Positions 1 through 6,972 of a DNA stretch of 64,000 nt are shown in pieces. Positions within the stretch are counted from its first letter, which is position 1, and each line of letters starts with the position of its first letter. The stretch spans positions 109,803-173,802 of the forward strand of contig CALRAM010000001.1 of NCBI GenBank assembly GCA_943353165.1. Reading direction: 5' to 3'. Source of the DNA: an uncultured Candidatus Saccharimonas sp. (lineage in GTDB: Bacteria; Patescibacteriota; Saccharimonadia; Saccharimonadales; OMJO01). The notes under the pieces are model-generated. The model did not search any database. It was not told the DNA's origin and saw nothing but the letters and a program-made list of their open reading frames with translations. Both the position numbers and the translations under genes were made by a program.

Positions 1-15
1 GAAATAGCACTGATT

Positions 16-648
16 ATGGGCTTTAGTTTCTTGGCCTATAAAAGTGTAGTTGTCAGAGACGAAGAACTAACTATATTGCCCAGGAGCATTAGCTACAAAG
101 TAGGAAAACTTTGGGATATAGCACACCAAGGTATGAGGGAAAACAGATTTCTTCGTGCAGAAAAGGCACTATTATCCATCCTAAAAATCGACCAAAAAAA
201 CGCTGCAGCCTATAACAGGCTGGGCATACTCTATGCCAAACAAAAGGAATACAAGGACGCCATCGACTGCTTTGAAATAGCCAGCAGCATAGAACCCACT
301 GCTTCTAGCCTTCATAACCTAGGTTTGATCTATTACGAAACAGAAAACTACTCCAGAGCCGCTATTGCGTTCGAGGAAGCCCTAAAAAACGAAGAAGACA
401 TGGCTGCCAGGCACATTGCCTACGCCAAAGTACAGGAAAAAATAGGAAACACTAAATTGATGCTAAAGGAAATAGAACGAGCAGTAGAATTAGAACCAAA
501 TCAAGAAAGCTACTCGTTGCTCATCCGCACATACGAAAACCTGGATATGCAGATAGAAGCAGACCTGGCAAAAGACAAACTTAAAAGATTGATAGTTCCG
601 GCTGGCAAAACAAAAAGGTTGCACAGACCTAAACGTGTTGTTATTTAA
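16..648 (+). CDS. TPR-repeat protein
   Basis: 210-aa ORF with 34-aa-type helical repeats (AAAYNRLGILYAKQKEYKDAIDCFEIA; SLHNLGLIYYETENYSRAAIAFEEAL; ARHIAYAKVQEKIGNTKLMLKEIERAVEL). The frame is still open at nt 1, so the start could lie upstream of the window. Confidence 0.6.
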   Translation: MGFSFLAYKSVVVRDEELTILPRSISYKVGKLWDIAHQGMRENRFLRAEKALLSILKIDQKNAAAYNRLGILYAKQKEYKDAIDCFEIASSIEPTASSLHNLGLIYYETENYSRAAIAFEEALKNEEDMAARHIAYAKVQEKIGNTKLMLKEIERAVELEPNQESYSLLIRTYENLDMQIEADLAKDKLKRLIVPAGKTKRLHRPKRVVI

Positions 649-678
649 CCCCTGTTTTGATACAATTTAGTACGAGTT

Positions 679-754
679 GCCGACGTAGCTCAGTGGTCAG
701 AGCGGCTGTTTTGTAAACAGCGGGTCGTGGGTTCGACTCCCTCCGTCGGCTCCA
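679..754 (+). tRNA. tRNA-Thr (anticodon UGU)
   Basis: Cloverleaf read by eye. Acceptor GCCGACG/CGTCGGC; D-arm GCTC..GAGC; anticodon stem GCTGT/ACAGC with loop TTTGTAA (T33, TGT, A37); T-loop TTCGACT; encoded CCA. One U-U mismatch in the T-stem. Confidence 0.85.
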
Positions 755-767
755 AGAATTATCTCAT

Positions 768-853
768 GCAGGGTTAGTGAAGCGGTCAAACACAACAGAC
801 TGTAAATCTGTCGGCTTATGCCTTCGTAGGTTCGAATCCTACACCCTGCACCA
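768..853 (+). tRNA. tRNA-Tyr (anticodon GUA), long variable arm
   Basis: Acceptor GCAGGGT/ACCCTGC; anticodon stem ACAGA/TCTGT with loop CTGTAAA; long variable arm CGGCTTATGCCTTC; T-arm GTAGG-TTCGAAT-CCTAC; encoded CCA. Confidence 0.9.
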
Positions 854-861
854 TATAAAGA

Positions 862-885
862 GTCGGGTATTGTACCCGACTTTTT
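862..885 (+). terminator. Rho-independent terminator hairpin after tRNA-Tyr (centre of a longer palindrome, 829-914)
   Basis: GTCGGGTA-TTG-TACCCGAC followed by TTTTT. Confidence 0.6.
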
Positions 886-1020
886 ATATGGTTCCGGGCT
901 GTAGGATACGAACCGTACGGCGTAGCCGTGGTTCGGTGGAATGAGGACGCGCGCAGATGCTTGCATCGAGCACGCCGGAATGGATAAAGGACGAAGTCCG
1001 CTATCCTACACCCTGCACCA
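886..1020 (+). repeat. GC-rich tRNA-flanking structured element, copy 1 (ORF-less), ending in an exact 18-nt copy of the tRNA-Tyr 3' end
   Basis: It shares motifs with 37917-38055 and 61326-61484: GAACC-loop-GGTTC, GGTTCGGYG, GCRCAG-hairpin-CGAG, and AAAGGACGAAGTCCGCTATCC. Nt 1003-1020 equal 836-853. It is visibly GC-rich against AT-rich flanks. Confidence 0.6.
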
Positions 1021-1097
1021 ATTTAACAATCCGACATTTGACGGGTTTTTAAATTGCTCCCGGTCTAAAAAATTCGATTTTTGAGCTAGGTGAATTA

Positions 1098-1319
1098 TTG
1101 CAACATGCGCTGACTCGTCCCGAGACGTATTATTGGGGCACCGAGATAGACCTCGACGATCCGGCCGACTCGCCTTACCTTGATACTATCGAAGACCTGG
1201 TTGAGACCAACAGGTTCGTAATGACCTCATGGGGAGCTTTTATCCCTTTGTTTGAAGATGACATAGCTATTCCGTACCCAAGTATTGTCGAGCTCCCGCT
1301 CGATATGCGCCTAGATTAA
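1098..1319 (+). CDS. hypothetical small acidic protein (TTG start in the ORF track)
   Basis: 73-aa ORF followed by a hairpin with a T-run. No recognisable motif. Confidence 0.3.
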   Translation: MQHALTRPETYYWGTEIDLDDPADSPYLDTIEDLVETNRFVMTSWGAFIPLFEDDIAIPYPSIVELPLDMRLD

Positions 1320-1330
1320 TATTATTTATT

Positions 1331-1361
1331 TCGCTCTTATCTGTATTAAGGGCGATTTTTT
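1331..1361. terminator. hairpin + T-run between convergent genes
   Basis: TCGCTCTT..loop..AAGGGCGA followed by TTTTTT. It sits between the 1098-1319 (+) and 1382-1711 (-) ORFs. Confidence 0.45.
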
Positions 1362-1381
1362 ATTAAAGGGCCTGAATAATT

Positions 1382-1711
1382 CTATTTATTTTTGAGTGCT
1401 TTTTTTTGGAGTCGTTTTTGGGCTGCAATGCGCACCAGAATATTGAGGCTGGCAGCAATAATACCAACGCCTATCAGCACATAAAATATCGTAAATAGCT
1501 TGGTGCCTGGTGTGGTGGGGTGAATATCGCCGTAACCCACGGTGGTAATAGTGATCACCGAAAAATAAACCGCGTCTATCCAGCTCAAGTGCAGGAACCT
1601 ATGATAAAAGACCGATCCAGTAGCAATCACAGATAAGGCTGTTAGCACCACCCACTTGAAGTGTAGGGCTGTATCAACTGCTTCAGAGGTAGTTTGTTTA
1701 GACATATTCAA
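1382..1711 (-). CDS. minimal two-TM potassium channel (pore-only, KcsA/Kcv-like)
   Basis: 109 aa: TM1, pore helix, canonical selectivity filter TTVGYGD, TM2, basic tail. Confidence 0.85.
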   Translation of the reverse strand: MNMSKQTTSEAVDTALHFKWVVLTALSVIATGSVFYHRFLHLSWIDAVYFSVITITTVGYGDIHPTTPGTKLFTIFYVLIGVGIIAASLNILVRIAAQKRLQKKALKNK

Positions 1712-1771
1712 TATTATAGTCGTTTTTGCATTGGATATCTATATTATAAAAATCTTATGCTAAAATAAATT

Positions 1772-2554
1772 ATGATGAAACCAAAAACAGATCAAGGCAA
1801 AAAACTACAGCGATTCAATTTTATTATGGGCTCTGTGCATCTAGTGCAAGCATCAGCCATGCTGATAATTTTAAATTACGCCTTAAAGCTACCTATTATT
1901 ACTAGATTTTTTGATATAGATCCCAATGGAGAATATGCTGTGGTAACCGAAACGCTAGTTAGGGTACCAATAGCCATTGTTGGCCCACTATTTTTGCTGG
2001 TGGCAGCGTTTTTTCACTTTTTTGTTGCTTCGCCATTGTACGTTCGACGCTACGAGGCAAATATAAAAAATGGTATCAATCCAATGCGCTGGCTAGAGTA
2101 CTCCATTAGTTCGTCGCTGATGATTACAGCGCTACTGATGATGGGTGGACTAATCGAGCTGCCAAGCGTAGTTTTTGTTTTTACTCTGAATTTTTTGATG
2201 AATATCTGGGGCTTAGAGATGGAGCGCTACAATCAGCTAACCAATAAAACATCTTGGTTTCCATTCAATATCGGCATTATCGCCGGCATAGTACCCTGGA
2301 TAATCGGAGGTATTTACTTTTGGGCCAGTACCAACAACATTGCCGATTCTATACCATGGTACGCCCAGCTAGGTTTTGTGGTAACATTTTTGCTATTTAA
2401 TACCTTTGCTATCAATATGTGGCTGCAGTACAAACAGATTGGCAAATGGAAAAACTACGTCTATGGCGAGCGAACCTACATTTGGTTGAGCCTTATCGCC
2501 AAATCGTTACTAGCCTGGATAATAGTTCTAGGCACCCTGAGCGCTACCAACTAG
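1772..2554 (+). CDS. heliorhodopsin (7-TM retinal protein, inverted topology family)
   Basis: 260 aa. It follows heliorhodopsin 48C12 blocks as I recall them: LQRFNFIMGSVHLVQ, RWLEYSISSSLMI (counterion-position Glu109, nt 2096-2098), IAGIVPWI, GERTYIWLSLIAKSLLAW (Schiff-base-position Lys244, nt 2501-2503). Confidence 0.85.
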   Translation: MMKPKTDQGKKLQRFNFIMGSVHLVQASAMLIILNYALKLPIITRFFDIDPNGEYAVVTETLVRVPIAIVGPLFLLVAAFFHFFVASPLYVRRYEANIKNGINPMRWLEYSISSSLMITALLMMGGLIELPSVVFVFTLNFLMNIWGLEMERYNQLTNKTSWFPFNIGIIAGIVPWIIGGIYFWASTNNIADSIPWYAQLGFVVTFLLFNTFAINMWLQYKQIGKWKNYVYGERTYIWLSLIAKSLLAWIIVLGTLSATN

Positions 2555-2632
2555 CGCCTAGCGCCGGCCGGGGCAAAAGGGGTATAATGAAGCGATGAAG
2601 AATTACTACCGAATTATGTTGGGGGCGGGGAG

Positions 2633-2980
2633 ATGAGCGAACTCGAAAAGATGCAAAAGCGAGTAATCGATTTCCGCGACGCACGCGATTGGAAACAATT
2701 TCATAACCCAAAAGATATGGCTATTTCGTTAAATCTTGAAGCATCTGAATTGCTTGAGCACTTTCAATGGAAAGACAGTGAGGAAATAAGTGATTACATC
2801 AAAAAAAACAAGTCATCAATAGCAGACGAGCTTGCCGATGTTATGTACTGGGTACTACTGATGGCCAATGATATAGATGTGGATATTACTGAAAGCTTTG
2901 AAAAAAAGATGAAACACAATGAAGGTAAATATTCGATTGAAAAAGCCAAGGGTAACCATAAGAAATATACTGAGCTATAG
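2633..2980 (+). CDS. mazG: MazG-type all-alpha nucleoside triphosphate pyrophosphohydrolase
   Basis: 115 aa. Motifs: RDWKQFHNPKDMAISLNLEASELLEHFQW and ELADVMYWVLLMAN, a typical small MazG/YpjD signature. Confidence 0.75.
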   Translation: MSELEKMQKRVIDFRDARDWKQFHNPKDMAISLNLEASELLEHFQWKDSEEISDYIKKNKSSIADELADVMYWVLLMANDIDVDITESFEKKMKHNEGKYSIEKAKGNHKKYTEL

Positions 2981-2983
2981 CGC

Positions 2984-5023
2984 ATGGCGCAAATAATAAC
3001 ATTTGATTTCAGCCCAATAGGTTTTGACGAGGTGCGTGATTATCATTACGGCCGTGACTGGCCTGTTGTCTATATACTTGAGTCAAATAACGAAGCATAC
3101 GTCGGTGAAACCACGAATTTTTATAACCGAAGCAGGCAGCACTATGAAAATCCCGACAGAAAGAGGTTAAAAAATGCTCATATTATTACAGATGAAACAT
3201 ATAACAAGTCTGCCGCTTTAGATATAGAATCATTTCTTATAACACATCTTGCCGCTGAGGGTACTTTTTTATTGCAAAATAGAAATGACGGTATACGTGA
3301 TCACAACTACTATCAAAGGGATGAGTACCAGGCAAAATGTGAAGTTATCTGGAAAGAACTGATTGAGAAAAAACTTGTTCAAAAAGAAGTTTATGAGATA
3401 GAAAATAGTGACCTATTCAAATACTCACCATATAAGTCATTGACTGAAGAACAACACGATTTTGTTAAGCAGTTGGTTGAAGATATTGAAAAGGATAATG
3501 CCAAAACGTATGTAGTAGAAGGTGCACCAGGCACCGGGAAAACAATCCTCGCCACATATCTTGTGAAGTATTTGAAAGATAGACGAAGCACAAAACATTT
3601 AAAGATTGCGCTTGTGGCGCCAATGTCGAGCTTGCGCGGGACAATACAGCAGGTTTTCCGTGCAACAGCCGGCCTTAAAGCAAATATGGTGATTGGACCT
3701 AGCGGGGTAGCAAAAGAGGCATACGATCTTGTAATTGTTGATGAGGCGCACAGACTTAAAAAGAGAAGAAACCTCGGCGCTGGATTTGGAGCATTTGATA
3801 ATGTTAATAAAAAACTTGGGCTTTCAAAAGAATCCACTCAACTTGACTGGATTCTTGGGAGTTCAAAGCGTCAGGTCTTGTTTTATGATCAAGGACAGAG
3901 TGTTTTGCCCTCAGACATTCATGACATAGATTTACGTAGCAAGGGTGCGCAATTTTATACGCTCACAAAACAGATGCGCATACAGGCTGGTGAAGAATAT
4001 GTTCTACTAGTCGAAGCTATACTTAATCAAAGGGAAATTATTAGCACAAAACTAAATAATTATGAATTTCAAATATTTGATGATGTCGCAGAAATGCACC
4101 ACGCGATCAGGCTTAGAGATAAAGAGCACGGACTCTCTCGCCTTGTTGCAGGTTTTGCATGGCCATGGTTTACTAATCCAGCAAGTCCTGGCCCAAAACA
4201 AGATTATGATATTGAGATCAATGGTTATAAATTAAGGTGGAATAATAAAACAAAGGACTGGGTGAACTCAACTGGTGCTATTAATGAAGTGGGGTGTATT
4301 CATACAGTACAGGGCTATGGAATGAACTATGTGGGTGTGATTATAGGCCCCGAGCTTTATTATGATGAGAAAAATAAACGAATAACGGTAGATAGAAGTA
4401 AATACTGTGATCGCAATGGGCATGCTGGTGTTACGGACCCTGATGAGCTAGAGCGGTATATTAAGAATATATACAGAACATTGCTTACTCGTGGTATAAA
4501 AGGTACCTATGTATATATTGTTGATGAAAATCTCAGGAATTATTTTAAGATGCTGTTAAACCAAGAAACTGCTCAAGAGCCGCTGGCTGAAGTATTTTAT
4601 AGTGAAAATAAAGTATTGGACTTCCTTAAAATGAAAATGGTCGGAATACCTTTGGTTGGTTCTGCCCCTTGTGGCAACCCAATGCTCGGGGAAGAGAATA
4701 TTGAAGAATATATTGAAGTCGAAAAAAGCAAAATTAGACCCGGCTACAATTACTTCATACTACGTGCGATTGGTGACTCGATGAACCTTGCCGGAATAAA
4801 TGATGGCGATTTAGTACTCTGTCGTCAGCAATTAAAGGCCGACACTGGTGACAGGGTGGTTGCACTCTTAGGTGACAATGTGACAATAAAAGTATATGGG
4901 CCTCGTAAAGACGGCGTGCGATTTCTTTTGCCGAACAGCTCGAATAGTGAGCATGCCCCTATAGCCCCCAGTGAAGGCGATAGTGTACAGGGCATTGTGC
5001 AAGAAGTTTTAACTGCAGATTAA
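2984..5023 (+). CDS. three-domain protein: N-terminal GIY-YIG-like (COG3410 type), DUF2075/Schlafen-like P-loop helicase-type ATPase, C-terminal LexA/UmuD-type S24 self-cleaving peptidase domain
   Basis: 679 aa. PVVYILESNNEAYVGETTNFYNRSRQHY (GIY-YIG-like); Walker A GAPGTGKT; Walker B LVIVDEAHRL. The C-terminus aligns by eye to LexA: IPLVGSAPCG (Cys563-Gly564, nt 4670-4675, UmuD-like cleavage pair), GDSM (Ser599, nt 4778-4780), VTIKV (Lys636, nt 4889-4891). It starts 4 nt after the mazG stop. Confidence 0.8.
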   Translation: MAQIITFDFSPIGFDEVRDYHYGRDWPVVYILESNNEAYVGETTNFYNRSRQHYENPDRKRLKNAHIITDETYNKSAALDIESFLITHLAAEGTFLLQNRNDGIRDHNYYQRDEYQAKCEVIWKELIEKKLVQKEVYEIENSDLFKYSPYKSLTEEQHDFVKQLVEDIEKDNAKTYVVEGAPGTGKTILATYLVKYLKDRRSTKHLKIALVAPMSSLRGTIQQVFRATAGLKANMVIGPSGVAKEAYDLVIVDEAHRLKKRRNLGAGFGAFDNVNKKLGLSKESTQLDWILGSSKRQVLFYDQGQSVLPSDIHDIDLRSKGAQFYTLTKQMRIQAGEEYVLLVEAILNQREIISTKLNNYEFQIFDDVAEMHHAIRLRDKEHGLSRLVAGFAWPWFTNPASPGPKQDYDIEINGYKLRWNNKTKDWVNSTGAINEVGCIHTVQGYGMNYVGVIIGPELYYDEKNKRITVDRSKYCDRNGHAGVTDPDELERYIKNIYRTLLTRGIKGTYVYIVDENLRNYFKMLLNQETAQEPLAEVFYSENKVLDFLKMKMVGIPLVGSAPCGNPMLGEENIEEYIEVEKSKIRPGYNYFILRAIGDSMNLAGINDGDLVLCRQQLKADTGDRVVALLGDNVTIKVYGPRKDGVRFLLPNSSNSEHAPIAPSEGDSVQGIVQEVLTAD

Positions 5024-5056
5024 CGTTATGGCTGCCCCAAAACCCCATAATCATCT

Positions 5057-5090
5057 CCCTACTATAACTGCCGCCCGCCGCGTGGTAAGA
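5057..5090 (+). promoter_or_regulatory. copy 1 of the repeated motif CCCTACTATAACTGCCGCCCGCCGCGTGG..., with a degenerate -10 (TGGTAAGAC) and no downstream + strand gene
   Basis: Near-identical over about 28 nt to the copies at 5745, 6909 and 7913. Confidence 0.4.
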
Positions 5091-5146
5091 CCGGCCCAAC
5101 AGCTTGACATCGACTCGCCCCAAGTTCAGCACTAGATAAGATACTG

Positions 5147-5680
5147 CTACTTTTGTGAAGTGTAAAAAATGCGAGTCTTGTTGGTAAGCAATTCATAATC
5201 CTCGTCGCTGTATGCGCAAATAATTATTTCGCTAATTGGGGCGACTGACTCTTGCTGGTAGCTGTGTATGGCCTCATGTGCTAGATCGATAGCTTCTTCT
5301 TTTGGATAGCCATAAACGCCAGCTGAAATTAGTGGGAAAGCAATGGAGCTTGAGCCACTTTGCTCGGCTAGCCACAAGGACTGTAAGTAGGCGCTCTTTA
5401 GCAGCTCTGAGGTGTTGCGACTGTTATCATAAATTGGCCCTACCGCGTGCACAACATATTTAGCAGGCAAATTGAATCCAGGAGTAATTACTGCCTCGCC
5501 AGTCTCGCAAATACCAATGGTGGTGCAGGCCTCGGCCATTTCGTGCCACCCAGCAGCATCAAAAATAGCCCCGCATACACCAGAGCCACCTAAAAGTTGA
5601 GTGTTTGCAGCATTAACAATACAATCAACCTCCAGCTTTGTTATATCGCCTCGGTGTACTTTGATTTTATTTTTTTGCAT
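5147..5680 (-). CDS. macrodomain protein (ADP-ribose binding / O-acetyl-ADP-ribose deacetylase, YmdB-like)
   Basis: Motifs: GDITKLEVDCIVNAANTQLLGGSGVCGAIFDAAG and IAFPLISAGVYGYP. The ORF extends to 5725, but the Met at 5680 (MQKNKIKVHRGDIT) fits the family N-terminus. Confidence 0.85.
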   Translation of the reverse strand: MQKNKIKVHRGDITKLEVDCIVNAANTQLLGGSGVCGAIFDAAGWHEMAEACTTIGICETGEAVITPGFNLPAKYVVHAVGPIYDNSRNTSELLKSAYLQSLWLAEQSGSSSIAFPLISAGVYGYPKEEAIDLAHEAIHSYQQESVAPISEIIICAYSDEDYELLTNKTRIFYTSQK

Positions 5681-5744
5681 AGCATTATTATAGTCTATAT
5701 TCCTGCTGCAAATAACCCCAAACACTAAACCCCAAAATTCACAA

Positions 5745-5780
5745 CCCTACTATAACTGCCACCCGCCGCGTGTTATTATA
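5745..5780 (+). promoter_or_regulatory. copy 2 of the repeated motif, ending in an extended -10 (TGtTATTAT, 5771-5779) 8 nt before the ATG at 5788 (near-leaderless)
   Basis: CCCTACTATAACTGCCACCCGCCGCGTGTTATTATA. Confidence 0.5.
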
Positions 5781-5787
5781 AATACTT

Positions 5788-6903
5788 ATGGCTAAACCCA
5801 ATAACCTAATTTCTAATTTGCTAGCTAACGTGATCGGTTTTGCTAAAAAAAATACGCTTATTAGCACCGGCATGGCAGTTGTGGCGCTGGCCGTGATTTC
5901 TGGCGTGGCTTTTGGAGCGTTTAGTAGCTCTAGTCCAACCATTGCGCCCACACCGGCTCCTACCACCACGCCGCCTAGCCAGACAAAGCCAGACACCACC
6001 GAGCCTACTGCCACGCCAGCTACTGACCCTGTGGTGACCTATGTACGCAAAAAAACTACCACTCCAACACCCGCACCAACTCCAACACCCGCACCAACTC
6101 CGACCCCCACGCCCACTCCAGTAGAATCTCCACAAATAGTTTTATCGGACAGGACAGTTTCGGCTAGTACGGCTGGACTTACTCAAATAGACCTTACCGC
6201 TATCTACGATTCAGGCTATGGTGGCACGTCGCCGATACCAGGAGTTTTGGATGACAGTTTCGTACCTATGCCCTTGAATGGTAACGACTTCTACTTTTTT
6301 GGTACTAACCACGGGCTAGCCAATACTATATTTTGGAATTCAAATAATGCACTAACCTTCGGCGCAGTATTTAATTCATCAATAGTGAGCATAAACCACG
6401 ACACAGGCCCAGCTATACTGATTGGTAATTATGACAGACTGTTATCGGATATTTATTATTCAAATACAGTAACCTCAGACAGCAAATACAAAATCTATAG
6501 GATGATCGTTAAGTTTGCCGACTATTATACAGATACAACTAACCTAGATGCTGGAATCTACCAAATTAGATTAGTCAAAGAAAATGCGGGAGCAAAGAGG
6601 CAGTGGGTTGAGGTTTCGATTATATCAAGCCCGCCAAGCCCCGGCTACTCAAATAACCCTGCGGTTAGCTACCCGTCTGGCGTAAACGGCTTGGGTCAAC
6701 CACAGGATTCAAATGGTCTGGCAATCGACCCTACCAAGGACTCTCCCTATAACATTACTAGCGGAACGGCTTCATCTTTCATTAATCCACCAGGTTCGCT
6801 CTATTCGACTGCTAGTCCTGCGGTCGGGACAAGCCTTTTGCTGCAAAGTGATGAGCTCGGCAATACCTGGACCTTTACCGAACACGCCTATCTAAATATT
6901 TAG
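5788..6903 (+). CDS. membrane-anchored surface protein with a Pro/Thr-rich linker
   Basis: 371 aa: N-terminal TM segment, PTPAPTPTPAPTPTPTPTP linker (nt about 6057-6120), then a Ser/Asn/Tyr-rich extracytoplasmic domain. Confidence 0.6.
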   Translation: MAKPNNLISNLLANVIGFAKKNTLISTGMAVVALAVISGVAFGAFSSSSPTIAPTPAPTTTPPSQTKPDTTEPTATPATDPVVTYVRKKTTTPTPAPTPTPAPTPTPTPTPVESPQIVLSDRTVSASTAGLTQIDLTAIYDSGYGGTSPIPGVLDDSFVPMPLNGNDFYFFGTNHGLANTIFWNSNNALTFGAVFNSSIVSINHDTGPAILIGNYDRLLSDIYYSNTVTSDSKYKIYRMIVKFADYYTDTTNLDAGIYQIRLVKENAGAKRQWVEVSIISSPPSPGYSNNPAVSYPSGVNGLGQPQDSNGLAIDPTKDSPYNITSGTASSFINPPGSLYSTASPAVGTSLLLQSDELGNTWTFTEHAYLNI

Positions 6904-6908
6904 GTAAG

Positions 6909-6944
6909 CCCTACTATAGCTGCCGCACGCCGCGTGGTATGATA
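6909..6944 (+). promoter_or_regulatory. copy 3 of the repeated motif, with extended -10 TGgTATGAT (6935-6943); an AGGAG RBS precedes the ATG at 6973
   Basis: CCCTACTATAGCTGCCGCACGCCGCGTGGTATGATA. Confidence 0.55.
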
Positions 6945-6972
6945 CAAATACCGTATGTAAGGAGATAATCTT

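Noticed and set aside
697-966. 89-aa minus-strand ORF
   Set aside because: It runs antisense through tRNA-Thr, tRNA-Tyr and the GC-rich flank. It is an open frame created by GC-rich structured sequence, with no RBS.
896-1020. Group II intron domain V, or a retroviral-type primer-binding site. GAACCGTACGG... resembles the complement of the domain V 3' strand, and the minus strand carries an exact 18-nt complement of the tRNA-Tyr 3' end.
   Set aside because: There is no AGC triad, GNRA loop or 34-nt domain V geometry. There is no GUGYG 5' end and no reverse transcriptase anywhere in the window. The 18-mer is more simply a direct duplication of the adjacent tRNA end, and the other copies are imperfect or shorter.
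3391-3837. Antisense shadow ORFs inside long genes. This one and many similar ORFs in the track, e.g. 5739-6014, 5821-6135, 16211-16600, 17263-17661, 17683-18105, 24750-25097, 36015-36380, 44644-45054, 49322-49774, 52183-52557, 55548-55913 and 60835-61146.
   Set aside because: All lie opposite or out of frame to ORFs with strong family signatures. They lack an RBS and have biased, low-complexity composition.
6057-6120. Short tandem nucleotide repeats (ACTCCAACACCCGCACCA...)
   Set aside because: They encode the in-frame PTPAPTPTP linker of the surface protein. This is low-complexity coding sequence, not a CRISPR array or a satellite.
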